DNA of 64,000 nucleotides, from the NCBI GenBank assembly GCA_965198115.1, contig OZ240241.1, positions 7,616,001 to 7,680,000 on the forward strand, in the 5' to 3' direction. The DNA is from Candidatus Latescibacterota bacterium. Its GTDB lineage: Bacteria > Latescibacterota > UBA2968. The position numbers were made by a program, and so were the translations under genes. The notes under the pieces were generated by a model, which was given only the letters and a program-made list of their open reading frames with translations, was not told the origin of the DNA and ran no database searches. How positions within the stretch are numbered: the stretch's first letter is position 1; every line of letters begins with the position of its first letter. Below, piece by piece: positions 21,042 to 32,400 of this stretch.

Positions 21042-22067
21042 ATGGTCCTCAACGAACTCACTGTCTACGTCGACCGTACCCAGGCTCAGCTCGGCAACTG
21101 CCCGTCCGCCGTCGTCGCCAGTAGCGGCAACGAGATCCTCCTCGAATCCTACTCGAGCGGCGAAGGTTCGCCGTGCGGCGAAGTCACGCCCGATTCCCTC
21201 TGGCAACTGGCTTCGGCCACCAAGACCTACATTTCAGCCTTATTGTTGAACCTCAGCTATCAGAATGTGCTGAATCTCGACGATCCGGTCGTTCGCCACC
21301 TGCCCGAATTCTGCGAGAAGGGGGACAACGCATTCGATCCTGAGCTGGTCACGGTTCGCCACCTGGCCACGCACACATCGGGTGTTAACATCGAACCACC
21401 GGAAGACAGATCGACCGAGCCCAATCTGGCGACAGCCGAAATCGTGGACGAACCGGGCAAGGTCTTCACGTACGCATGGCCCGGTTTGCACACGCTGCAG
21501 CGCCTGATCGAAGCCGCAACCAACGATTGTTTTCCACACGTCCTCTACGACCACGTGCTCGATCCACTCGGTTTGACACAGAGTCGGTATTACTATGACT
21601 ATGATCCGGCACGCCCGATGCTCTCGTGGGATCCGATCGACCCCGCCGACCCGGGCAAGTCCTTCGTCCTCGCCGAGCGAGGCCTGCACCCGCACTACGG
21701 ACTGTTCGTAACAGCACGCGAAGCCAACCGCTTCGGTCAGCTCTGGTTGGGTGATGGTGAATTCGAGGGGCGGTGCTACTGGACATCTACGCTCAAGCAA
21801 GAGGCTCTGACGCACTACACCACGCGCCCGAGCGACAACGGAAAATACGGTCTTCTGCTCTGGCTGTTCGATGATGTGGACGGCCTCGTCATTTCAGGCG
21901 CCGGCTCGAAAGTCACGGCCGTCTCACTTGCCACCGGAGGCGTCGTCACCGTCCTCCGTTTGCCGCAGAAGCCCAAGGATCCCGATTACAACTTCTACGA
22001 TGACAAGGTGGAATTGCTGCGATTTGCAGAACGGATTGGGACGGAGGCAGGGCGAGAATTTTCATAA
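21042..22067 (+). CDS. Serine hydrolase, beta-lactamase class C-like fold
   Basis: LASATK (SxxK), LDDPV, HLATHTSG, PLGL. Confidence 0.82.
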   Translation: MVLNELTVYVDRTQAQLGNCPSAVVASSGNEILLESYSSGEGSPCGEVTPDSLWQLASATKTYISALLLNLSYQNVLNLDDPVVRHLPEFCEKGDNAFDPELVTVRHLATHTSGVNIEPPEDRSTEPNLATAEIVDEPGKVFTYAWPGLHTLQRLIEAATNDCFPHVLYDHVLDPLGLTQSRYYYDYDPARPMLSWDPIDPADPGKSFVLAERGLHPHYGLFVTAREANRFGQLWLGDGEFEGRCYWTSTLKQEALTHYTTRPSDNGKYGLLLWLFDDVDGLVISGAGSKVTAVSLATGGVVTVLRLPQKPKDPDYNFYDDKVELLRFAERIGTEAGREFS

Positions 22068-22082
22068 TTTCCTAATTTCCCA

Positions 22083-23102
22083 ATGTCCTCAAACCTCTGT
22101 TCCGACCTCGCTCGCGTTCCTCTCTGCAGCGTCCTCCCCACGCCACTCGAGGAGGCCCCTCGTCTGTCCAAGGCCCTCGGCGAAATCCGGATCCTCGTCA
22201 AGCGCGAGGACCTCACCGGACTGGCGACCGGCGGGAACAAAATCCGAAATCTCGAATACATCTTCGGGGACGTCCGTGAGCAGAGATGCGACACCGTCAT
22301 CACGACCGCCGGCGTTCAATCCAACATGTGTCGAGCCACGGCTGCCGCCACCAGCAGGTTGGGCATGGGGTGCATCCTCCTGTTGCGAGGATCGGGTAAC
22401 GAAGCCGAGCAGGGCAACCTGCTCCTCGATCGTCTTCTCGGCGCCGACGTCCGTTTCATCCCCACGTTGGATCCCTACGACAATCGGGTCACGGGTTGGC
22501 TCGACGAGGTGAAGCAGGAGCTGGAATCACGGGGCCGCCGCCCATACATCCTCCATCTCACGGGCATCACGTCCACGCTCGCCACCTGCGCCTACGTCGA
22601 TGGCGCCGAGGAACTCGCCGGCCAATTCGCTTCCTTCGACGTCGTGCCCGATTGGCTGTATGTGACGGTCGGTGCGGGCATCACGATGGCCGGTCTCGTG
22701 CTCGGGTTCAAACACCTCGGTGTGGAGACCCGCGTGGTCGGCGTGAGCGCGAACTCGAGCACCGATTTCCTGAACAATCGCATCGCGGACTATGCAAACA
22801 ACGCCGCTGCCCTGCTGGGGTTGGATACTCGGGTCACCTCGGATGATTTCGACGTGTTCGATGAGTACATCGGCCCTGGCTACGGCGAGACCTATCCCGA
22901 GGCCGTCTCGACCATCCGATTCGTTGCCCGAGAGGAGGGGCTCCTTCTCGACCCGGTTTACACGGGCAAGTGCATGACCGCCCTGCGTGACCAGATCGCC
23001 GTGGGCAACATCCGTGACGATCAGACCGTCGTATTCGTCCATTCAGGCGGCGCACCAAACCTGTTTGCACAAGCCGAACGCATAGCCGATATCACAACGT
23101 GA
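22083..23102 (+). CDS. D-cysteine desulfhydrase/ACC deaminase family PLP enzyme
   Basis: KREDL..GGNKIR, QSN, LDPVYTGK, HSGG. Confidence 0.9.
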   Translation: MSSNLCSDLARVPLCSVLPTPLEEAPRLSKALGEIRILVKREDLTGLATGGNKIRNLEYIFGDVREQRCDTVITTAGVQSNMCRATAAATSRLGMGCILLLRGSGNEAEQGNLLLDRLLGADVRFIPTLDPYDNRVTGWLDEVKQELESRGRRPYILHLTGITSTLATCAYVDGAEELAGQFASFDVVPDWLYVTVGAGITMAGLVLGFKHLGVETRVVGVSANSSTDFLNNRIADYANNAAALLGLDTRVTSDDFDVFDEYIGPGYGETYPEAVSTIRFVAREEGLLLDPVYTGKCMTALRDQIAVGNIRDDQTVVFVHSGGAPNLFAQAERIADITT

Positions 23103-23713
23103 ACTTCCAGCAACTCAACCGAAAAATCCACACGTATACAGGTCTATTCTTTCTACTGTCGATCTGCCTGTTCGCCACGAGCGGATTCATGCTCAACCAT
23201 CGATGGGCGATCTGGGAATACTGGTCCAAGCGAGTTGTGACGGAGCACGACATATCGGTCACCCTCCTCGATGAAGACTCGAACCTCGACGTTGCTCGGA
23301 CGGTTCTGAGACAGCTGGACATCGACGGTGAAATCCATTTTCTGAAAGTCGACGCCGAGTCGGGACGATTCGAGATCAAGACCACGCGACCTGGTTTGAA
23401 AACGCGCGTCGTGCTCGATACGGCCACCGGAGAAGGAACCCTCACCACGACCGAGCTCAACGCCTGGGAGCTGTTGCCATCGATGCACCTCATGTCCGGT
23501 CTCCACAGCAACCTGCCTGACAAGAAGAACTGGGGCTGGACTCGGGCGTGGTCGTTGATCATGGACTTCACCGCCGTCGCCATGCTGGTTCTGGCCGCGA
23601 GTGGAGTCTACATGTGGATCGGCCTCAAGTCCGAACGCAGGGTCGGTCTCGTCGTGCTCGAAAGCGGGGCACTGGTCTTCGTCATCGTCTTCTGGTTCCT
23701 GGTAGAATTCTGA
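23099..23713 (+). CDS. PepSY-associated TM helix protein
   Basis: RKIHTYTGL, TSGFMLNH, ASGVYMW. Confidence 0.8.
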   Translation: MNFQQLNRKIHTYTGLFFLLSICLFATSGFMLNHRWAIWEYWSKRVVTEHDISVTLLDEDSNLDVARTVLRQLDIDGEIHFLKVDAESGRFEIKTTRPGLKTRVVLDTATGEGTLTTTELNAWELLPSMHLMSGLHSNLPDKKNWGWTRAWSLIMDFTAVAMLVLAASGVYMWIGLKSERRVGLVVLESGALVFVIVFWFLVEF

Positions 23714-23723
23714 GCGGAAACAG

Positions 23724-24590
23724 ATGAAGCGCACCCACACATTCTCACCCGACACGCCGCCCGCTTGTCGACTCGGCCTGGCCACGCGAGGGAACACCCA
23801 TCTCGACCCCGGCGACGTCCACTGGGCAGTCGAGCGCGGTGTCAACTACCTCAACTGGTGCGGACGTCCCGATGGTCTGAGCAAAGCCGTCTCCGAAATG
23901 GGAGCGAGCCGCGATCGGATCGTCCTGGCTTGGCAGATTCAATCTTCGTCGGAAGACGGCGCTCGACGCGAGCTGGACGATGCACTCGACGAGTTGAAAA
24001 CCGAAACCATCGACATCGCTACGCTCTATTACGTCGAATCCGAATCCGAGTGGTGTCGCCATGCCACCAAAGGCGGAGCCTACACGGCACTCGCAAAAGC
24101 GAAGGAAGAAGGCGCTCTCCGGATGATCGGTCTCACGAGCCATCAGCGCGCCATGGCCGCCTCGATCGCTGCCGGCGAGATCTTGCCGGACGTGGCTGAT
24201 CGGGATGGAAGACTCGACCCTGCAAGACCGCTCGACATGCTGATGCTTCGCTACAACGCCGCACATCGAGGGGCCGAACGCGACGTCTTCCCGATCACCG
24301 ATCCCATCGATCTGCCCGTCGTCGTGTATACGTGTCTTCGCTGGGGCGCGCTATCCCAATCCACCGCCGCCGACCCACCCGGCTTCGTCCCACCAGATGC
24401 CAAGGAGTGGTATCGTTTCTGTCTCGCCAACCCTTCCGTCGCCGTGGCGATCGCCGCACCCGACGGCCGGGAGGAGCTCGAGCACGATTTTTCGCTATTG
24501 GACGACTGGCGCAATCCGACCCCCGAGGAATTCGACATCCTGCGCAGCCACGGCGATCGCGTCTACGAACACGCGGGCAGTTTTCCGTAA
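23724..24590 (+). CDS. Aldo/keto reductase-like protein
   Basis: GVNY, LKTETID, IGLTSH, RYNAAH, YRFCL. Confidence 0.78.
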   Translation: MKRTHTFSPDTPPACRLGLATRGNTHLDPGDVHWAVERGVNYLNWCGRPDGLSKAVSEMGASRDRIVLAWQIQSSSEDGARRELDDALDELKTETIDIATLYYVESESEWCRHATKGGAYTALAKAKEEGALRMIGLTSHQRAMAASIAAGEILPDVADRDGRLDPARPLDMLMLRYNAAHRGAERDVFPITDPIDLPVVVYTCLRWGALSQSTAADPPGFVPPDAKEWYRFCLANPSVAVAIAAPDGREELEHDFSLLDDWRNPTPEEFDILRSHGDRVYEHAGSFP

Positions 24591-24699
24591 ACCACTCACG
24601 ATCTGAAGGCAGATCCTGCCGGTTGTCATCAGTTGGCGTATATTTGTTGTGTAACATCGGTGAGATTCCACGCTCAGTTTTCAAGACCGGAGCTGCACC

Positions 24700-26737
24700 G
24701 TGCCCGAAATCACCATCTCAGAAGATGGCCTTCAGGCCACTGTCGCGAGTGTCGGTCCCCGTACGACCGCCGACGAAATCATAGAAGCACTGAACGAGGC
24801 CGGTCACCGATGGTAGGCAGACGAGCGCGATCGTCGCCGCCGTATCGGAAGCGGGCGAATCCGGCAAACCGGCAACCGATGTCCTCGTCGCCCAGGGCAC
24901 ACCCCCTCGCTTCACAGTCCCTCCGCAACTCGTACATAAACCACGGGGAACGGAAGAGACCCTACCCTCGCTGAAAAACTTCAAACAGATGCTCGAAGTC
25001 GAGCGACCCGAGGAAGTTCTCAAAGCCGCAAAAGGAGTCGAAGTGCTGGCCGTGGTGGAGGGCGATCTTCTTGCCGAGAAGGTGGAGGGCGAGTTAGAAC
25101 CCGGCAAATCGGTGACCGGGGCGGAGATCACCTCCATAGGCGATGATCAATTGTCACCCCAGTTCACACCCGGGCCGGGTGTCCAGGTCGGTTCTGATGG
25201 GTCCGAATTCACCGCCAAATGCACAGGCTACGCGGGCATTCTGGACGGGCAGGTAACCGTCCTGCCTCCCATCTGGGTGTCTCCCGATAACATGGTCGCC
25301 GCCTACGTTCATCGGAAAAGGATCGCTGGATCCGCGGACTACACGCGGGATGAAATCTCCAACGCGCTGGTCGCAGCCGGGGTCAAGGTCGGCATCGTCG
25401 AGGAACGGCTCGACGCGCTGGGCAAGAGCATCGAGGAGGGAACCGTGAAGAAGGTCCTGGTTCCCATGGCCGCTGGAAAGTTCCCGAAGAAACCTGAGAA
25501 TGCCGTAGCGGAATTCACGTTCCCCTACGAATCGCAGTCCGGCGCCGTGCACAAGGATGGGTCCATCGATCTGAAAGAACGGGAGGGCTTCCCGTCCGTT
25601 GCCGAGGGAGATCTCCTCGTCTCATCTACCCCCGCCGTCGAGGGAAAGCCGGGGTCGACCGTAATGGGGCGCGAAATCGATGTCGAGGGTCCGGTGCGAG
25701 TGGAGCTTGTGGATGGAGAGAACGTCCGACTGGAGGGAGAAGGAGACGCCCAAAAGGTCTTCTCGGAAATCAGCGGCGGGGTCAGCGTACAAAAAACGGA
25801 ATCGACCACCGATGAGGGGTCGGTCATTCAGTACACCCTCTCGGCCAGAGAGGTCGCACAGATTGTGGGCAACGTCGACTACGAAACGGGCAATATCGAC
25901 TACCAGGGCAACGTTGAGATCAAAGGCACTGTCCTGAGTGGCTTCAGTGTGAAGTCAACAGGAGACGTCGTTGTTCTCGAGAGTGTAGAGAATGCCGCCG
26001 AGATCGAAGCCGGCGGAGACGTGACCGTCAAGCAGGGCATCGTGGGTGAGGACACGAAGATCGTCGCGGAGGGTGGCGTCAATGCCAAGTTCATTCAAGA
26101 TGCCACCGTTGTCGCCCGAGGTGATGTGGTTGTCGACAGCTACATCCGTACCGCCAATGTGCAGACGGAAACCGCGGTGAATATCACGGGAGGGAGTGCC
26201 TCTGGTGGTATCATGGGAGGAGAAACGTGGGCCCTGAAATCCATCGTTTCCAAGAACATCGGTGCCGAAGGCACGGCTGCGACACTTGTGGCCGTCGGTG
26301 TCCTGCCCACGCTTTTCGACGAGTATAACAAGAAGCGAGAAGAAGCAGAGAAGGCGCATGACTCCAGGCAGGCATTGCTGAAGTCGCTCGGAATCGAGGC
26401 CCTGACCAAAAAGGCAATGGAGCAGGTCGTCGCGAAGAACCCGGCGAAGAAGAAGGAGATCATGCGTTACCTCAATCTGGCATCGGACGCTTCCAAGACC
26501 GAAAAAGCCTGCCGGGAAGAGATGGCGGTGCTCTCTGGAAAAATGGAGGACAGCGCGAAGGACGCCCACATCGACGTCACGACGACGGCCTTCCACAAGA
26601 TCCGCATCCGCATCGGAGATGCTGAAACCGTGCTGAACGACAACCTGAGCGGCGTCAGGTTTCGGTTGAACAGAGGTGACGACGAAGAAGGCGTCGGATG
26701 GGCCAGTTTGACGGAATCGGATAAGGACGAAGAGTAA
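24700..26737 (+). CDS. DUF342/FapA family protein; frameshift near 24805
   Basis: GTG 24700 gives PEITISEDGLQA; the continuation has VLVAQGTPP, DGSIDLK, VGNVDYETGNIDYQGNVEIKG and beta-helix repeats. Confidence 0.8.
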
Positions 26738-26895
26738 ACTTTCGCGACTGTGCCCGCACATCGAGCCCTCTGCAGCTTTCTTGCGGAGGGCCTCTCTAAT
26801 GTCTACCGTCAAGCGAGCAAACCATTGCAGAACCACTATCACCCCGAGAGGCTACTGAGCCACCGGGATGAATACCTTTCGCCGAATCGTGAGCT

Positions 26896-27645
26896 ATGCT
26901 CATCACGAAAACAGAAAGCAGCGCCCTGCTCATACTCATCCTGCTCGTGCTCTACATCTTAGAATGCCTGTTCCCTTACTACGACACGTTCAAGCATAAA
27001 ACACGACATGCCGCTCGAAACATCGGCATCATTGCGTTCAATGCCATCGTCACCAACCTTGCGCTGATGCCCCTCATCATCCTGGCCACATCCGGCTCCT
27101 GGGGCCTCTTCGCCCGGTGGCAATTCGATTGGCGCGTCGAACTGGTCCTGACCGTCCTCCTGATCGACATCCTTACGTATGGGATGCACGTCCTGTTTCA
27201 CATCACTCCCTTTCTGTGGCGTTTCCACCGAATGCACCATTCCGACACGGAAATGGATGCGACCTCGGGCGCACGTTTCCACATCGGCGAGCATACCATC
27301 AGTGTCTGTGTTCGATGTGGACTCTACGTGGTTTGTGCAATGAAGCTCGAATACATCATCGTCTACGAAACCGTGTTCCTCGCCAACGTATTCTTCCACC
27401 ACGCGAACCTGTCGATCGGAACCAGGGTCGACAGACTCTATCGGATCCTTCTCACGTCGCCTGATATGCATAAGGTGCATCACTCGAACATCCGGTCCGA
27501 GCACGACTCGAACTACACGAGCCTGTTGTCCGTGTGGGACCGAATCTTCGGAACGTATCAGTTCGCGGAAAACCCGAAGAACATTACGTATGGAATCAGG
27601 GGACTCGAAGGGGAACAGACGGTCTGGAGGATGGGCAATCGGTGA
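26896..27645 (+). CDS. Sterol desaturase/fatty acid hydroxylase family
   Basis: His boxes HVLFH, HRMHHS, FHH, HKVHHS; WDRIFGT. Confidence 0.88.
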   Translation: MLITKTESSALLILILLVLYILECLFPYYDTFKHKTRHAARNIGIIAFNAIVTNLALMPLIILATSGSWGLFARWQFDWRVELVLTVLLIDILTYGMHVLFHITPFLWRFHRMHHSDTEMDATSGARFHIGEHTISVCVRCGLYVVCAMKLEYIIVYETVFLANVFFHHANLSIGTRVDRLYRILLTSPDMHKVHHSNIRSEHDSNYTSLLSVWDRIFGTYQFAENPKNITYGIRGLEGEQTVWRMGNR

Positions 27646-27770
27646 CGGCCAAGCTGATCGGACAGCTGGAGGTTGCGTTGCTGGATTCGCTGGGGCTCAC
27701 GACGCCGATACGCACCGTCCAGCCGACCGATGTTAACACCGATGAAGGATAGACTAACGGGAGAGGCACC

Positions 27771-28440
27771 ATGACACAGAATGAATCCACGCAGATCACG
27801 GGCTGGGGTTTCATAGCAGCCGCGGTGTTGTTCTGGCTGGGATGGATGTTGCTACCGGTCAAGATTGAACCGTTCTTCAAATCGAGCGACTTCGCCGATG
27901 TTTTCGCCCAGTTCCATCTCTGGATCTGGATGTTCCGATTCCATCTGTTCGGTGTCGTGATCGCGGCCGCCTCGCTCGTCGCGCTCGGATCGGTGATCAC
28001 GGAATCGCCTGCTCGCATCTTGATCTGGCCCGGCGTCGCGATCGCCGTCGTCGGGCTGATGGTCGGCGCCTGTGCCGACGCGTTCTATTATCACTTCGGC
28101 GCGTGGGGCGCTCTCGATATGCACGGAAAATCGGCCGAGGCAATCGCAGCCTTCGTCGCGTCACTCGAAGTTTCGACGGAATACGTCACCTGTCTGGTCC
28201 GATTCGGCCGCGTGTCAGGCGGATTCGGAATGTTTTCTGGGATGTGGCCTGATGAAATGGAATGTGCTGCCGAATTACATCGGTGGAGTCGCCGCCCTGA
28301 TCGGTCTGGCGGCCATGGCGCTGACGATGGGTCTACCGGACGATCTTCACCTCTATAAACCAGTCTTCCACCTGCATGCTCTGTGGCTGCTCGCGACCGG
28401 CGTCATCACCCTTCGCTCCGGTATTCGCATCGGTGGATAG
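27771..28440 (+). CDS. Multi-TM membrane protein; frameshift near 28235
   Basis: Hydrophobic helices in ORF 27771 continue in the frame that ends at 28440. Confidence 0.65.
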
Positions 28441-28444
28441 ATTC

Positions 28445-28615
28445 TCAGAGATCTCGGTCTCCGGTTCCCGTGCCGTATAGATCCTCCACCATCTCACGGA
28501 ACCACACCGGTCTCGCCAGAACCACGAAAACCAGGAGGCCGCCCAGAATCGGAACCGGAATGACAACGTCAACGAGGCTGAACAACAGCAGGTAGGCCAG
28601 ACATTTTCCTGTCAC
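28445..28615 (-). CDS. Small membrane protein (56 aa)
   Basis: GTG 28615 with AGGAG RBS; LLFSLVDVVIPVPILGGLLVFVVLARPVWF. Confidence 0.6.
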   Translation of the reverse strand: MTGKCLAYLLLFSLVDVVIPVPILGGLLVFVVLARPVWFREMVEDLYGTGTGDRDL

Positions 28616-28686
28616 GCTCGAACTCCTGTTTCTGCGCCAGTCGGTTCTTGGTGCCTTCGTGTCTTGGCGTCTTCGTGTTCCGCCTC

Positions 28687-28920
28687 TCAGAATTGCCGCC
28701 GCCCCTCCTCGATCGAGCGATCGCGTTCCCGCATCGGTGTCCACGCCGAATCCCCGCCTCGTCGCAGTCGCAACGGATCGACTACGATTCTCGCCATCAA
28801 GCCAAAGGGAAGAGCCACGACCAGATAGAACACGGTCAGGACGATTCGGCCGATAAGTGCACTGATCGCTTCAGCGATCGGCATCCACCAAGCGTTGAGT
28901 CTCTTAAGAATGTTCGGCAT
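28687..28920 (-). CDS. SxtJ-like small membrane protein
   Basis: WM..A..I..IVLTVFYLVVALPFGL..R...DPLRL...W.......RQF pattern. Confidence 0.7.
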   Translation of the reverse strand: MPNILKRLNAWWMPIAEAISALIGRIVLTVFYLVVALPFGLMARIVVDPLRLRRGGDSAWTPMRERDRSIEEGRRQF

Positions 28921-29266
28921 GGCGCCTCGGAATGACGGGTGCTGATGGAAACCAGGAAAGAAGAAAGTAGGCGTTCGCGACTCGTCGGGCAAATTCCGGG
29001 TGATTCTACCAGGCAGGTGACGAGGGATCCCCTCCCACATTCATGACGTCTGCTCCCGGCCGGAGGCCGGTCCTACCCGAAGGAGTCCAGAGGACGTATT
29101 GCCACGCCTGCTCTCCCCATCGCCCGCTCGCCCGTTCTGCTCCCCCTGTCACAGTTCATCCCTCGGTAGAACGAAAAGCACCACCGCCTTCCTCCTGACG
29201 TGATCCACCACACACAATCCTGTTGATGGGCCTCACAAAATAGCCCCTCAACTGGTCCCTCCGCAG

Positions 29267-29281
29267 TGGCATACGCTTTGC
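29267..29281 (+). promoter_or_regulatory. Candidate sigma-54 promoter
   Basis: TGGCATACGCTTTGC matches TGGCAC-N5-TTGC with correct GG/GC spacing, about 190 nt upstream of the giant gene. Confidence 0.55.
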
Positions 29282-29468
29282 GCTTCTATCCTGCGTAATC
29301 GTGATGGAGCGGGGTTTCTGAGGTCATTCTGTGACCGAGGTCACACGCTCCCCGAGACGCGAGTCACCAAACGCCTCTCGGTCGATCAACACACAGGAAA
29401 ATGCTTCGCCGACACACGAAAATTCAACCGGCCGTAAAGCAGCCACTCTACCATTTCGGGAGGTTTCC

Positions 29469-32400
29469 ATGTCGTGCCGCACGTTGAGCTGGATCGTAGG
29501 TGTGATGATTCTTGCGTTATCTGTCCCCTTATCTGCACAGACTGTGGTCAAGGGTCAGATGAGGAAGTGCGATTCGATGAGCCTCAGGGGGTCCATCTAC
29601 TGGATCCGTCACAACCGTTCATCGAGATCGCTCCGCTCACGCTCGATTCGCCTGGCACATCCATCCTGGACCAGGATGAGCGCAGAATCGCACTTAATGA
29701 ACTACAGCCCGGCGCTTTCGTCACGATCACTGGCGAAATCGTAGGCACCGTCCTCGTTGCGTCCGAAATCCGTGTGACGGCTCAGGTCGAGCACACCGGG
29801 TTCGGTGGCGTCATCGTAGAGATTCGGGGCGACGAACTCGTGTTCGCACGAGATCACGGCGAATGGGTCGACCGAAACGTCGACGTGACCCTCGACGGCA
29901 GCCCCTTCGGGATCGGATTGGAAGCGATCATCGCTTTGCTCGAAGGTACCGAAGGGCCTATCTCTGTTACGCTGTCTGACCACGACCCTCACAATGGCAA
30001 GTTTCGAGTCGCCGAGTTTTTCCACGCTACTACTTTTGGGAAACGGTGGGAAAATGAGTCGGTGACGCTCCAGATCGTTCCGTCGGCCGACGCAATACGC
30101 GATCCGCACGATGAAGGCTTCATGCTCAGGCCGGTCCAGACCGTTTTCGCCCTACCCGAGGCGACGGACGTCTGGGATCACAGTGATCCGGACTTTCCCT
30201 CATCCGAACCATCCGATCGCTCGATCCTCGAACCCTTCGTCGACGTCTGGGTCAACATTCAGATAGCAGGTGACACCGTCACCCGCGCAGACGTCAACAT
30301 CAACCAGCGACCCCGGTTCGCGACGCTCGATCTGCGCGTCGGTTGGTTGAATCGGGCAAACGACCGGGTTGGTTTCGACACCGGGTCACCTGTCCGCCTG
30401 CTGCCCAATGCCCGCATCCTCGACACATTCGGGAATCCGCTGGCTGGTCTGCGGCAGTTTGCCGACATCCAGTATGATCATAGCTCAGTGGCGCTGATCA
30501 CCCTGAACGAAAGCGGTATGGGCATCGAAGCCCGCCTAGTACCGTTCGACGAACTCGGGGCGATCGGTCCCGATCAGGTTGTGATTGGCGAGGTGATCGG
30601 TCGAGGATTCTGGTCGAACCCGGGTGAAGGAGAGCTGGGTACGCACAGCCTGGACGGCCTGCTCTTGCCTGGTGCCAGCATCGTCGATAGCCAGGGACAG
30701 CCCGTGCCGATGGGGCTGCTCGACAACGGCGGCGTCGGCGGGTCGGTAACGGGTGCCATCGTCGGAAGTCACCTCTTCATCGAATCCATGACGATCGAAG
30801 GCGAATCGACATCATTCGAGTTCGTCACGCGCATTCAGGATTTCGACCCGAGGGGCACGTGGCTGCAGTTCGAAGAATCCGATCCGATTCGCATCGACCA
30901 CAACGTCGAAGTCTTCGACCATTTCGGGGGACCCGCGAGCCTTCAGGCGATACAGGAGCTGTTCGAGCGCGGTGACCTCCAGCTGCGCCTCACAATGGGC
31001 GACTTTGCGGAGGATCAGTCGCGATCCGTCGTTCGAATCGAAGCCTTTCGCCACGACGACGAGGTCGACGAAGGGCCCGATCAGGAGATCATCCCTGCCG
31101 GGCGGCTCGATCCCTGGGCCCAGCCCGCACTTCTGTTTCCCCAGGCCGTACGCGATGTTCAAGTCAGCCGCGAAACCGAAATCATCGGCCAGAACGGCGA
31201 ACTGCTCCGTCTCGATGAAATCGAACGTGGGGTCCGAGTGCTCGTGTCCGGTTCGTCCATCGCGCGATCCAATCCAGACCCCTTCGGCCCGCGAGTACAC
31301 AACTTCGTGAGTAGAATCGAGATTCTGGGCGGCGCAGCCACACAATATCGCGGATTCATCGCCGAGCGAACGGGCGACGTTCTCACCTTCCGCGACCCCG
31401 AACCGCTGTTCGTCTCCTCCCACAGCGACATCCAGGAGGAAACGGGTTTCCGCATCGACATTTTCACACTGGCCTCCCGCATCGAGTCCGAAGGCAGTCT
31501 TCGGATGTGGTTGGGTGCGGAGTTCGGGCGACCCGGCGGCAGCGACCTCTGGTGGGCACGCGTGATGTGGCCGAACGAACCCAACCCGACCTTCGTGTCA
31601 AACGATCAGTCGGTGGCCCGCGTGATTGGAGTCGACCCCGAAACCCGTGCCCTGATCCGGGAACCCATTCCCTCCGTCATCGTCACGAACGAGACGGAGA
31701 TTCGATCCATGAACGGCGGACTCGTCTCGCTCGAGGACATCATCGAGGGAACGCGGATCACCGCGATCACCGAAGATCGTGGTGGATCGCCCGTCGCCAT
31801 CGAAATCGTCGTCGATGCGATTCCGCAGCCCTTCCGATTCACGGCACCGGTCGGCTACATCGACCATCACGACCGCCGGATCGAATTCGCCATTCCGCCC
31901 TATCTGTCCGTCGCACAAGATGCAGAGATTCTCGGCGTCGACAGCGACCCTATCGACCTCGCGGAATTGCGCGCCCGGCTCGAGAACATGCCGACGGACG
32001 ACCGTCTTCTCCGTGTTAACGTCACACCAGACAGCCCGACGGAAGCCCCGATCATCGAGCACATCCAGATGGTGGGCAACGACCTCGTCTCCGGTGCCGA
32101 CGGCGACTCCTTCATCCTGTTCATCGATGACCCGCGATTCCGCGTGCGTGTCTTCGACCGGCGCATCGAGCCAACGCCTTTCCCTAGCGCCTACGTGCCG
32201 GAAAATGCTCTGATCACGGGCCTCGACGGCTCAAGTCTCGATTTCGACGATCTGCGCGACGGCACGCGAATCGAAGTGATCGGGACGGACTCGGACGGCC
32301 GTCTCACGGTTTCTGAAGTCCACGTCGTAGGCGGAAATGTCTTCGTGGGCGAAGGCGTCCTCGAGAGCATCGACGTCGCCAATCGCCTGCTCTTCCCCGC

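Noticed and set aside
21042-22067. Antibiotic-resistance beta-lactamase
   Set aside because: No signal peptide, and the YxN and KTG motifs are not canonical; generic serine hydrolase
28687-28920. Saxitoxin biosynthesis
   Set aside because: Only an SxtJ-like membrane protein; no other sxt genes, and the family is widespread
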